Shown here in pieces: positions 39,850-53,300 of a DNA stretch of 64,000 nucleotides. The DNA comes from Pecten maximus (taxonomy: Eukaryota): the NCBI RefSeq assembly GCF_902652985.1, contig NC_047015.1, positions 44,516,001-44,580,000 of the forward strand. The letters are read 5' to 3'. Within the stretch, counting starts at the first letter, position 1. Every line of letters starts with the position of its first letter. Position numbers and translations under genes: made by a program. Under the pieces are notes generated by a model that did no database searches, was not told the origin of the DNA, and saw nothing but the letters and a program-made list of their open reading frames with translations.

Positions 39850-40342
39850 TATGGGGCGCCGTTTTACTATTTATTCCCATTTGGTGATATCACCTATTCG
39901 AATAGGTGATATCACCAATTCATTTTTCAAATAAGTGATATCACCTATTCGAATAGGTGATATCATCCATTCAAATAGGTTATATCACTTATAAAATTCT
40001 TAAGTGATATCACCTATTCGAATGAGTGATATCACCTATACGAATAGGTGATATCACTTATGAAATTTTATAAGTGATATCACCTATTCGAATTGGTGAT
40101 ATCACCTATTCGAATGAGTGATATCACCTATTCGTTTCATTAAGTGATATTCGAATTGGTGATATCACCTATTCGTTTCATTAAGTGATATCACCTATTC
40201 GAATGAGTGATATCACCTATTCGAATGGGTGATATCACTTAATGAAACGAATAGGTGATATCACTTATTTGAATAGGTGATATCACCTATTTGAATAGGT
40301 GATATCACCAAATGGGAATAAATAGTAAAACGGCGCCCCATA
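39850..40342. mobile_element. Non-autonomous DNA transposon (IS3EU-like) filled with palindromic subrepeats
   Basis: TIR of about 50 bp TATGGGGCGCCGTTTTACTATTTATTCCCATTTGGTGATATCACCTATT; 6-bp TSD GTGTAT (39844-39849 / 40343-40348); about 17 GTGATATCAC units. Confidence 0.85.
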
Positions 40343-41069
40343 GTGTATTGCATATACTACGAATGGAACGGTGTCCATCGTCCGTCCGACGACAGCTTAT
40401 TCCATTTCAGCAACTTCTTCTTGAAAGCCAAACGGCCTAGAATCATGATTTTTGAAGCATTGTCAATTTTGCGGAAAGAAACGACATTAATTGGACAAGA
40501 TTCGAGGCAACATTCAAACAACTTCTAAATAACTGGGCCTTTACCCATACTCAAGACCACACTGAGAGTGAAATTTGTTAAAACTCTCTGAAATGTCTTC
40601 AGTTCTTGTTTCAGTTATAAGGCCTAACATCGCAACACAATAACTTTTTTTAAAATACAAAGTTTGTTAATTTATGGATTATTGTTACCCCCTTCTATAT
40701 TTTAACATTCCTCTCGATCCATTTTGATTTTCATGGATTCCTTTCTGAATTTCGATCACTGAGTTTGATGCAGTTTTATCTATTAAGTCTGCTAACTGAA
40801 AAAGAATAATAAAACAAAAAAATGCTGTTCGTGTGTGCTCCATTTGTACAATCATATGAGCTAACGTTGTCTTCATCATGTATGCGACACATATGAATTT
40901 AGATCATGCATTTTTTTTTATTTTAAAATCAGAAGCTAACTATACTTTTCAATAAATGTTTTTTTTTCAATAAAAATCGGGCTATATCACAGGGAGCTAA
41001 AATCTTCGACTTTTTATGACGTTTTTCAAACGTTATTATTTTCTTTCAAAATCTTTTGGCACTTACGTT

Positions 41070-41172
41070 CATTGGTCAGCTCTACTGATGAAAAGTAAGT
41101 AGATTAGTCTAACGCGTTTCTTTTAGCCCACTGTGCTTAGTCGGAAGTCATGGTCAACGGGGAGATAACTCC
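41070..41172 (+). promoter_or_regulatory. TSC2 proximal promoter motifs
   Basis: Inverted CCAAT (ATTGG 41071) and ETS-type CGGAAGT (41143), 100-170 bp upstream of the ATG. Confidence 0.4.
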
Positions 41173-41243
41173 GAATTTGCTGAACGATATCAGCGACAGA
41201 AAAAAAAATCATTGGTGGAAGCGGCGACTGTCATGGGGTTGAA

Positions 41244-41381
41244 ATGTCTCGCCAGGGGAAGCAAGAAGAGAACCTTAAAGACAAATTGAAAAGTTTATTC
41301 CGCATCAAAGACAAATCTGCACCAGTTACTTTCCAGAGACCGACTGTTAGAGAGTTCATATTCACCCCTGATGTGTTGAAG
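41244..41381 (+). CDS. TSC2: TSC2 coding exon 1
   Basis: [21 protein letters not shown]...FIFTPDVLK|GTATCT, 138 nt. Confidence 0.92.
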
Positions 41382-44300
41382 GTATCTGACATTGTGCTAC
41401 AGTCGGTACTGTACAGAAGTACTGTACACTGTACAGAAGTACTGTATAGTTACTCTGTACAAAGTACAGTAGCCAGCAGGATTTACAAATAATACGTACT
41501 AGTGCTGATTTGATATCCAAGCAATATCTTGCATTTTGTATTGATAAGATAACTTGGCGTTGTCTTCACAAAGAAGAATACTCAACATCTGAGGGTACTG
41601 CAAAGCATTATAACATATTATATTTAGCTATTTCATTATTTTTCAATTTTGGCACATGCTCTTGTAGAAAATTTGTTTTGGCCTGGCATTTTTTGGCAAG
41701 AAAATTGGAAGCAGTAAGTATGTACAAGCAAACACTGGTCAATTGTGACCATATTGGTGAAATTGTTTGTTGAAAAAATATTGCATAAATAATTTGCTTG
41801 AAAAGTGATTTGATGAATGATCTACTACTGGCAAAACAATATAATGAATATTCAAACCCTGCCTACACAGTAATTAACACTGCCCTCTGGCAGAGTATGA
41901 AACCGACCCCATTACCAATAGTGTATTAAGCTCGATGTTATTCACATGGTGCAGTATGACAAACCTGCACATTGAGTCATTTAATTTCTTCAGCAATAAT
42001 TATAAACAGTAAAATCCAAAATGAACAAGACACAGAGAAATCAGATCAAATAAACCACCATCTTTGATACAAATTTCAAGGTCAATTTCCTTATAAGGAA
42101 ATGAAAATAAATTGATGCCAGTGAGAGTTCATTCATATATAGATCAATGTTAACAGATAAACAGATTCTGAGTTATATATACCTTGGTGAGTGAGGCCAA
42201 CCATTCTGAAATTGAATCATTACACAAAGTAAGGTGCACTTACTTAACAATACTAACAAAAAACTGGTTAAACGATGTTTGATATGTTTTTTGTCAGAGT
42301 AGCTTCATCATTATTTGGTAATGAATACCGTATTTGGATCAGCATTCTGATGAGAGTTCTCCAAAAAGTATCATGGTGGATCAATGAAAACTCTGAGTAG
42401 TATAATATTTGAATTTGTGAATTCAATTAAAGGTTTTCAGACTTAACGGTAGGCTAATAAATTGCTAAATTGCATTAAAATGTGATTGAAAAGGATTTGT
42501 TTTTATTTGTAGGACATTGGTCCTGAAAGTCCAGCCAACAACAGACTGCGAACAATCAGGGAATTGTGTACCACTGTCCAAACTAAAAAGTTAGAGGAGG
42601 TAATTATTGAGTGTACAGTACTTCTATGATTAACATGGAAAAGATGGACTTCAGATTTTTTAGCTCACCTGGACCATAGGTCGGTGAGCTTATGCCATGG
42701 TGCAGCGTCCGTCTGGCATCCGTCAACATTTCCTTTAATCCCTACTAGTCCTGAACGCCTAAATAGATTTTTATGAAATTAGGTGTGGATCTTTATTGGG
42801 CAATGGGGATCATATGTTGTATAAACGAAGGGTATGGCTCCCCTTGGGCCAGAGGGGCGGGGCCCAGTAAGGGAAATTGAGGTTAATCCTTTAAAACTCA
42901 CTTGTCCTGAACACTTGAATGGATTTTGATGAAATTCAGTCTGGAGCATTATTGGACAAAGGGAATCAAACGTTGTATAAACAGAGGATGTGGCTCCCCT
43001 GGGGCCAGAGGGGTGGGGCCCAATAGGGGAAATTGAGGTAAATCCTTTAAATTGCTACTAGTTTAAACCTATAACCATAAGATTACCACAATTATGATGT
43101 AAAAATAGGCCCTGTGGTCTTTGAAACCATTAAGATCCCCACCCCATAAGCATATACATATAGCATTATTTTGACGTTTGGTCAAATCCAACCAGGTGAG
43201 CGATACAGGTCCTCTGGGCCTCTTGTTTGCTTTTATAGATTATCAATCATTTGACTGTCCTAAGAATATCATGAAAAGTTTTGTTAATGATTCATGATTT
43301 TAGATGATGGTTATTTCTATTTAATATCCCCACATCAATAATAACTACTAAGTCTATTTATCCTCATGGCCACAGTTAATACAATTTTAACAAAATTGTT
43401 TAGATTAGGATTATGATGAGAATCATATTAAGAAGGCAATGTTGTAAAATGGGGATACTGCATTATTTTTTTATCTTGCATATCAAATAGGTTGAATGTG
43501 ATGAAAACCTTAATGATCATTTTCATACTCAGAACCAAATTAACTTCATGGACACTAAATAGATGATTTAGAAATATTTTATATTCTTTTGCCCCTAGAT
43601 TCCATTCATATAATTATTCTCTACAGATAATGGGTTCAAATTTAAATAAAACAGGTAAAGTTGAATTTTGGTGACAAAACTGATCATAAGAGCACATGTC
43701 TCAGAGAAAGAGACTCCTTGTGGGGACTATGCTACTTAGTTTCTGTAATTCATGTACAAATGTAGTAAAAAACAAAAATTATGAAATCAAATTATTTTGA
43801 GCATTTTCTTTTAAAATTCCTCAGAATGCAATTGAAGCTCTATGGAACAGCATCAAAGATCTGGTTCAGCCTGGGGCGCCGTCAGAGAGTCGACAGATAG
43901 CTCTCCATTTCCTGCACTCACTCATAGAGGGACAGGTATAGATAGACTGTAGAATCCCTCTCTGTGTTGTGATAGATTCAGAGTCATTTATAACCATAAT
44001 ATATTAGATATGTAATGTCAACACTGTTTTAATCACCGTAGTTATCATATTAATGTTTAATGGTTAAAGTCAAGGGATTACAACTGCCATAGCTTTCCCA
44101 TAGATGTTTTATTGACAATAGTCAAAATATTGCACCTTTATGTGAAAAATATCAAAACTGTATAATGTATAATGTACCTTACTTTGCTAAGCAGCATACC
44201 CATTATACATGCTAATGCAGTTTTCTTTCTTGTATCAGTTGCAGTACCTGGGTATACTGAGAGCTCACTTCTTCAGTGTTATAGAGGAGCTGACTAACCA

Positions 44301-47300
44301 TGAGGATCTCTCACAAAGGCAAGGCTTATCCCAGACAACACATACAGTGTTCCATTAATCAATAGAGGATTATATGAAATTATAAATAATGATTGTATGG
44401 AAATTCATCTCAAATAAGCTCTTGTTGGTTTATTTTGCAGGTTGGAATTGTTCAAGGCATTGAGTGAGAATGGCAGAAATTTGGGAGAGTTTGAAGAATT
44501 GGCAGGTGTGTATGGTTCCAGTTTATCTAATGAAGCTAAATTTGTGTTTAAAGTTCAAAGAACAGGTATGCTTATGTCATGGTGCAGCTTCCGTCCATCA
44601 ACAGTTTCTTTAAAATTTCACTTATCCAGAAAAGGAGAGTAGAGTTTGAAAATTTCATTGTCACCATCCTTGGGTGAATGGGAATCACTATTGTATATAG
44701 TCGAGGGTTTGAACTTTCAGTGTAACTTGGTCTAGATAGGGCATTGCCCAGATCTCTGTATTTTACCAATATAGCCTTGTTCTGTCCAGTGACTAGTGTG
44801 TCTTGTTATCAATGGAGATGTTTCCACCCACAGGCCCACTCCTGCTACGTATGATGCCCGATGTCTTGGCCTCGGGTAACATGACCACCTTCCTCCAGCT
44901 ACTTGTCCAGATTGTCAAGTATAATGCTGCCTACCTCGATGAAGACGTCATTTGTGGGCTTGTCAAGTAAGTTTTCACTATCATAGCTGAGATGCTACAG
45001 GGTTAACTATTAATATGCTTTTATTTGAATGTTGAAATAAACACCAGTAAGACTGGATGATGGATTATCACTGGTTATTTGATTAAGATATCCAGTATTT
45101 CCATATTAAATATCTCAACTTAAATTTGTAAAATTGATACTAAATGTGTTTTTGTTGTATGCACATTGGTGTTTTCAGGTGAAAATATCACTGATTAATG
45201 TTTCTAAACTCCAAAATAAATCAAAACACTTAATTACCCCACTACATTGTTGTAAATCCAGACTATTTTATTTCTCCAATGGGAGAAAATTACAGAATGT
45301 ACTCTTATACAGGGTACATGACCTCTGCAAGATATATTCACAATGGCTATCAGAGATATTTCGGTTATTAAACTGGATAGCACTTCCAGATAGAGCTACC
45401 GGAACAAAAATCTGGACCATAGGCACTCCTTACAAAACTTAATTAACTCAGGTATATTCAGTTCATAATTATGAGATATCATGAGTAGAGATATTGGTTT
45501 TCCTCTGAAAAAAACCCAATTACAATCATCATAGATAAATAATATCTGTTTTTAAAGTAGCAAGATTTTGTTTTTCATTCTTTCAGACAAACATGCATGA
45601 TACCAAACCGTTCACGATCAGAGGAGGATATCAAGGTAGGGACATTTCATATAATTACTATTAAATCGTCTTGAAAGTAATTTTTCATAAATAAGCAAAG
45701 GTAAAATATGTATTTAATTCTTGGCCACCTTTTAATGTTTCTTACACAAAGGACTGCTTGAGCTAGGGGTTTTTATGAATGTTAAAACTTTGAAGCTTTT
45801 CTAGGTCAGGTGTGTTGCGCAGAGATGTACAACACACATTTCATGTGTTTAACATTACAGATCAATAAGAATGTCTTACAGTTGAGAGCAGTTTGGTGTA
45901 CATATAATACAAGTACATCAAACTGTTGATATTATCATGTCACCGGTTATAAAAAAATCACTGAATTTATAACGTTATAAAAAACTAGTTAATTTATCAT
46001 GACCCTCGTTATAACAAACTAGCTAATTTATCATGACCCTCGTTATAACAAACTAGCTAATTTATCATGTCCCACGTTATAACAAACTAGCTAATTTATA
46101 ATGTCCCATTATAACAAACTTGTTAATATATCATGACCCACGTTATAACAAACTAGCTAATTTATCATGTCCCACGTTATAACAAACCAGCTAATTTATA
46201 ATGTCCCGTTATAACAAACTAGCTAATTTATCATGACCCGCGTTATAACAAACTAGCTAATTTATAATGTCCCGTTATAACAAACTAGCTAATTTATCAT
46301 GTCCCACGTTATAACAAACTAGCTAATTTATAATGTCCCATTATAACAAACTTGTTAATATATCATGACCCACGTTATAACAAACTAGCTAATTTATCAT
46401 GACCCTCGTTATAACAAACTAGCTAATTTATCATGTCCCACGTTATAACAAACTAGCTAATTTATAATGTCCCATTATAACAAACTTGTTAATATATCAT
46501 GACCCACGTTATAACAAACTAGCTAATTTATCATGTCCCACGTTATAACAAACCAGCTAATTTATAATGTCCCGTTATAACAAACTAGCTAATTTATCAT
46601 GACCCGCGTTATAACAAACTAGCTAATTTATAATGTCCCGTTATAACAAACTAGCTAATTTACCATGTCCCACGTTATAACAAACTAGCTAATTTATAAT
46701 GTCCCATTATAACAAACTTGTTAATATATCATGACCCACGTTATAACAAACTAGCTAATTTATCATGTCCCACGTTATAACAAACTAGCTAATTTATAAT
46801 GTCCCATTATAACAAACTTGTTAATATATCATGACCCACGTTATAACAAACTAGCTAATTTATCATGTCCCACGTTATAACAAACTAGCTAATTTATCAT
46901 GTCCCACATTATAACAAACTAGCTAATTTATCATGTCCCACGTTATAACAAACTAGCTAATTTATCATGTCCCACGTTATAACAAACTAGCTAATTTATA
47001 ATGTCCCATTATAACAAACTTGTTAATATATCATGACCCACGTTATAACAAACTAGCTAATTTATCATGTCCCACGTTATAACAAACTAGCTAATTTATA
47101 ATGTCCCATTATAACAAACTTGTTAATATATCATGACCCACGTTATAACAAACTAGCTAATTTATCATGTCCCACGTTATAACAAACTAGCTAATTTATA
47201 ATGTCCCATTATAACAAACTTGTTAATATATCATGACCCACGTTATAACAAACTAGCTAATTTATAATTTCCCACATTATAACAAACTAGCTAATTCATC

Positions 47301-50300
47301 ATGACCCATGTTATAACAAACTAGCTAATTCATCATGTCCCACGTTATAACAAACTAGCTAATTGATAATGTCCCGTTATAACAAACTAGCTAATTTATG
47401 ATGTCCCACATTATATCAAACAAGCTAATTTATCATGACCCTCGTTATAACAAACTAGCTAATTTATCATGTCCCGTTATAACAAACTAGCTAATTTATC
47501 ATGTCCCACATTACATCAAACTAGCTAATTCATCATGTCCCACATTATAACAAACTAGCTAATTCATCATGACCCATGTTATAACAAACTAGTTAATTTA
47601 TAATGTCCCACGTTATAACAAACTAGCTAATTTATAATGTCCCATTATAACAAACTAGCTAATTCATCATGTCCCACGTTATAACAAACTAGCTAATTTA
47701 TAATGTCCCTTTATAACAAACTAGCTAATTTATCATGTCCCACGTTATAACAAACTAGCTAATTTATCATGTCTTACATTATAACAAACTAGCTAATTTA
47801 TCATGTCCCACGTTATAACAAACTAGCTAATTTATCATGTCCTACTTTATAACAAACTAGCTAATTTATCATGTCCCACGTTATAAAAAACTAGCTAATT
47901 TATCATGTCTTACATTATAACAAACTAGCTAATTTATCATGTCCCACGTTATAACAAACTAGCTAATTTATATTGTCAACGTGTCTTCTACGTACGGTAA
48001 TAATACACTCTTAGTCTTGACTTGTTACCAAGCCTTGGATACCTTGTATTTCTGAATGACAATGTGTTGTTGTGGACAGATGTGCCTGGACATCTTGGAT
48101 GCGGTGGTGTGCTACAGTTATCTCCCCTGCGAGTGTCTTCAACACGTGATTGCAGCTCTTTGTCGCATGATCAACATGCCAAAGTACTGTCTGAACAGCT
48201 GGGAGGTATTATAATTAATCTTAATATGTATTTTATAAAATCACCATCACAATGTCCTGAGACATATTTTTATACTCCAAATCTGATGTACAAATCTGTA
48301 GGGTTGAGTATTGCCAAAATTTTCATATAGCGATATATTGCGATATTTCTTTTCATATTGCAATGTATATATATGCATGTATTGCAATACTCCAAACAGT
48401 AGTATTTTGTATTTAGTAGTCCGGTTCCTATTATATATTGTATGTAGTAGACCCGGCTCCTATTATATATTGTATGTAGTAGTCCGGCTCCTATTATATA
48501 TTGTATGTAGTAGACCGGCTCCTATTATATATTGTATGTAGTTGACCGGTTCCTGTTATATATTGTATGTAGTAGACCGGCTCCTATTATATATTGTATG
48601 TAGTAGACCGGCTCCTGTTATATATTGTATGTAGTAGACCGGTTCCTATTATATATTGTATGTAGTAGACCGGCTCCTATTATATATTGTATGTAGTAGA
48701 CCGGTTCCTATTATATATTGTATGTAGTAGACCGGTTCCTATTATATATTGTATGTAGTAGACCAGGCTCCTATTATATATTGTATGTAGTAGACCGGCT
48801 CCTGTTATATATTGTATGTAGTAGACCGGCTCCTATTATATATTGTATGTAGTAGACCGGTTCCTATTATATATTGTATGTGGAAGATCGGCTCCTATTA
48901 TAAATTGTATGTAGTAGACCAGTTTCTATTATATATTGTATTTAGTAGACCGGCTCCTATTATATATTGTATGTAGTAGACCGGCTCCTGTTATATATTG
49001 TATGTAGTAGACCGGTTCATATTATACATTGTATGTAGTAGACCGGTTCCTATTATATATTGTATGTCGTAGACCAGTTCCTATAATATATATTGTATGT
49101 AGTAGACCGGTTCCTATTATATATTGTATGTCGTAGACCGGTTCCTATTATATATTGTATGTAGTAGACCGGCTCCTGTTATATATTGTATATAGTAGAC
49201 CGGTTCCTGTTATATATTGTATGTAGTAGACCAGGCTCCTATTATATATTGTATGTAGTAGACCGGCTCCTGTTATATATTGTATGTAGTAGACCGGTTC
49301 CTATTATATATTGTATGTAGTAGACCGGCTCCTGTTATATATTGTATGTAGTAGACCGGCTCCTATTATATATTGTATGTAGTAGACCGGTTCATATTAT
49401 ATATTGTATGTAGTAGACCGGCTCCTGTTATATATTGTATGTAGTAGACCGGTTCCTGTTATATATTGTATGTAGTAGACCGGCTCCTATTATATATTGT
49501 ATGTAGTAGACCAGTTCATATTATATATTGTATGTAGTAGACCAGTTCATATTATATATTGTATGTAGTAGACCGGCTCCTATTATATATTGTATGTAGT
49601 AGACCGGTTCCTATTATATATTGTATGTAGTAGACCGGCTCCTATTATATATTTTATGTAGTAGACCGGCTCCTGTTATATATTGTATGTAGTAGACCGG
49701 CTCCTATTATATATTGTATGTAGTAGACCGGTTCCTATTATATATTGTATGTAGTAGACCGGTTCATATTATATATTGTATGTAGTAGACCGGCTCCTAT
49801 TATATATTGTATGTAGTAGACCGGTTCATATTATATATTGTATGTAGTAGACCGGCTCCTGTTATAAATTGTATGTAGTAGTCCGGTTCCTATTATATAT
49901 TGTATGTAGTAGACCGGTTCCTATTATATATTGTATGTAGTAGACCGGTTCCTATTATATATTGTATGTAGTAGTCCGGTTCCTATTATATATTGTATGT
50001 AGTAGATTGGTTCCTATTATATATTGTATGTAGTAGACCGGTTCCTATTGTATATTGTATGTAGTAGACCGGTTCCTATTATATATTGTATGTAGTAGAT
50101 TGGTTCCTATTATATATTGTATGTAGTAGACCGGTTCCTATTATATATTGTATGTAGTAGTCCGGTTCCTATTATATATTGTATGTAGTAGACCGGTTCC
50201 TATTATATATTGTATGTAGTAGACCGGTTCCTATTATATATTGTATGTAGTAGACCGGCTCCTATTATATATTGTATGTAGTAGACCGGTTCCTGTTATA

Positions 50301-53300
50301 TATTGTATGTAGTAGACCGGTTCCTATTATATATTGTATGTAGTAGACCGGCTCCTATTATATATTGTATGTAGTAGACCGGTTCCTATTATATATTGTA
50401 TGTAGTAGACCCGCTCCTATTATATATTGTATGTAGTAGACCGGTTCCTATTATATATTGTATGTAGTAGACCCGCTCCTATTATATATTGTATGTAGTA
50501 GACCCCCTCCTATTATATATTGTATGTAGTAGACCGGCTCCTATTATATATTGTATGTAGTAGACCGGCTCCTATTATATATTGTATGTAGTAGACCGGC
50601 TCCTGTTATATATTGTATGTAGTAGTCCGGTTCCATTTATATATTGTATGTAGTAGACCGGCTCCTATTATATATTGTATGTAGTAGACTCGCTCCTGTT
50701 ATATATTGTATGTAGTAGACTGGCTCCTGTTATATATTGTATGTAGTAGACCGGCTCCTATTATATATTGTATGTAGTAGACCGGTTCCTATTATATATT
50801 GTATGTAGTAGACCGGCTCCTATTATATATTGTATGTAGTAGACCGGTTCCTGTTATATATTGTATGTAGTAGACCAGGCTCCTATTATATATTGTATGT
50901 AGTAGACCGGCTCCTGTTATATATTGTATGTAGTAGACCGGCTCCTGTTATATATTGTATGTAGTAGACCGGTTCCTATTATATATTGTATGTAGTAGAC
51001 CGGCTCCTATTATATATTGTATGTAGTAGACCGGTTCCTGTTATATATTGTATGTAGTAGACCGGTTCCTATTATATATTGTATGTAGTAGACCGGCTCC
51101 TATTATATATTGTATGTAGTAGACCGGTTCCTATTATATATTGTATGTAGTAGACCCGCTCCTATTATATATTGTATGTAGTAGACCGGTTCCTATTATA
51201 TATTGTATGTAGTAGACCCGCTCCTATTATATATTGTATGTAGTAGACCGGTTCCTGTTATATATTGTATTTAGTAGACCGGCTCCTGTTATATATTGTA
51301 TGTAGTAGACCGGCTCCTATTATATATTGTATGTAGTAGACCGGTTCCTGTTATATATTGTATGTAGTAGACCGGTTCCTATTATATATTGTATGTAGTA
51401 GACCGGCTCCTATTATATATTGTATGTAGTAGACCGGTTCCTATTATATATTGTATGTAGTAGACCCGCTCCTATTATATATTGTATGTAGTAGACCGGT
51501 TCCTGTTATATATTGTATTTAGTAGACCGGCTCCTGTTATATATTGTATGTAGTAGACCGGCTCCTATTATATATTGTATGTAGTAGACCGGTTCCTATT
51601 ATATATTGTTTGTAGTAGACCGGCTCCTATTATATATTGTATGTAGTAGACCGGTTCCTATTGTATATTGTATGTAGTAGACCGGCTCCTATTATGTATT
51701 GTATGTAGTAGATCGGTTCCTTTTATATATTGTATGTAGTAGACCAGGCTCCTATTATATATTGTATGTAGTAGACCGGTTCCTGTTATATATTATATGT
51801 AGTAGACCGGCTCCTGTTATATATTGTATGTAGTAGACCGGTTCCTATTATATATTGTATGTAGTAGACCGGCTCCTATTATATATTGTATGTAGTAGAC
51901 CGGCTCCTATTATATATTGTATGTAGTAGACTGGCTCCTGTTATATATTGTATGTAGTAGACCGGTTCCTGTTATAAATTGTATGTAGTAGACCGGCTCC
52001 TATTATATATTGTATGTAGTAGACCGGGACCTATTATATATTGTATGTAGTAGACCGGCTCCTATTATATATTGTATGTAGTAGACCGGTTCCTATTATA
52101 TATTGTATGTAGTAGACCGGTTCCTATTATAAATTGTATGTAGTAGACCGGCTCCTGTTATATATTGTATGTAGTAGAGTGGTTCCTATTATATATTGTA
52201 TTTAGTAGACCGGCTCCTATTATATATTTTATGTAGTAGACCGGCTCCTATTATATATTGTATGTAGTAGACCGGTTCATATTTTATATTGTATGTAGTA
52301 GACCGGTTCATATTATATATTGTATGTAGTAGACCAGTTTCTATTATATATTGTATGTAGTAGATCGGTTCCTATTATATATTGTATGTAGTAGACCGGC
52401 TCCTATTATATATTGTATGTAGTAGACCGGCTCCTATTATATATTGTATGTAGTAGATTGGCTCCTATTATATATTGTATGTAGTAGATCAGTTCCTTTT
52501 ATATATTGTATGTAGTAGACCGGCTCCTATTATATATTGTATGTAGTAGACCGGCTCCTATTATATATTGTATGTAGTAGACCCCCTCCTATTATATATT
52601 GTATGTAGTAGACCGGCTCCTATTATATATTGTATGTAGTAGACCGATTCCTATTGTATATTGTATGTAGTAGACCGGCTCCTATTATATATTGTATGTA
52701 GAAGATCTTATAAAGTGTTTGCGGTCCTGATTTGTATTAACCTGTTTCACACAGTTGATGAAGAAGTTGCTGGGAACTCATCTCGGTCACAGCAGTATCT
52801 ATACCATGTGTTGTATGCTGCAGGACAGGTAATATAATACTTACTATACTTAACCTATTATTTACTTCTGTTTGATACTCAAATAATCAAAACAATATAC
52901 AGATTGATAATCTCTAAATGATATACAGATTGACAATAAACTATACAGATTTGACCTTTCAAGGGAGGCAATAATATAGGTCACATGACAGGTGGTGTCT
53001 TCACCAAGGTTCTGGTAAATACCTGGTGGGGTAGTAAGGTAAATATATCGTGAGTGAAAAATATGGTCACCTTATGTGAGGGAGTTGCGTAACTCAGGGT
53101 GTCGATTAGGCAGGGTTGACTGTGTTACAAATACTAGAATTTTTCGTAAAAACCTATATGTCCCCACTTCCACTTTGATGTAACTAAACAACATATTAGT
53201 GTGAGAGGAAATGTAGGTTGTACCCCTTACAGTAAACTTCATCGCAAATATTGAACCTAACATAAAAGTTAGTTATGAATGGATGAACAGATGTAGATGA

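Noticed and set aside
39850-40342. CRISPR-like array of palindromic repeats
   Set aside because: Eukaryotic context, no unique spacers, no cas genes; bounded by TIRs and a TSD.
48409-52700. 31-bp repeats as CRISPR or as exon-derived array
   Set aside because: Head-to-tail with no spacers, and no similarity to flanking exons 8 or 9.
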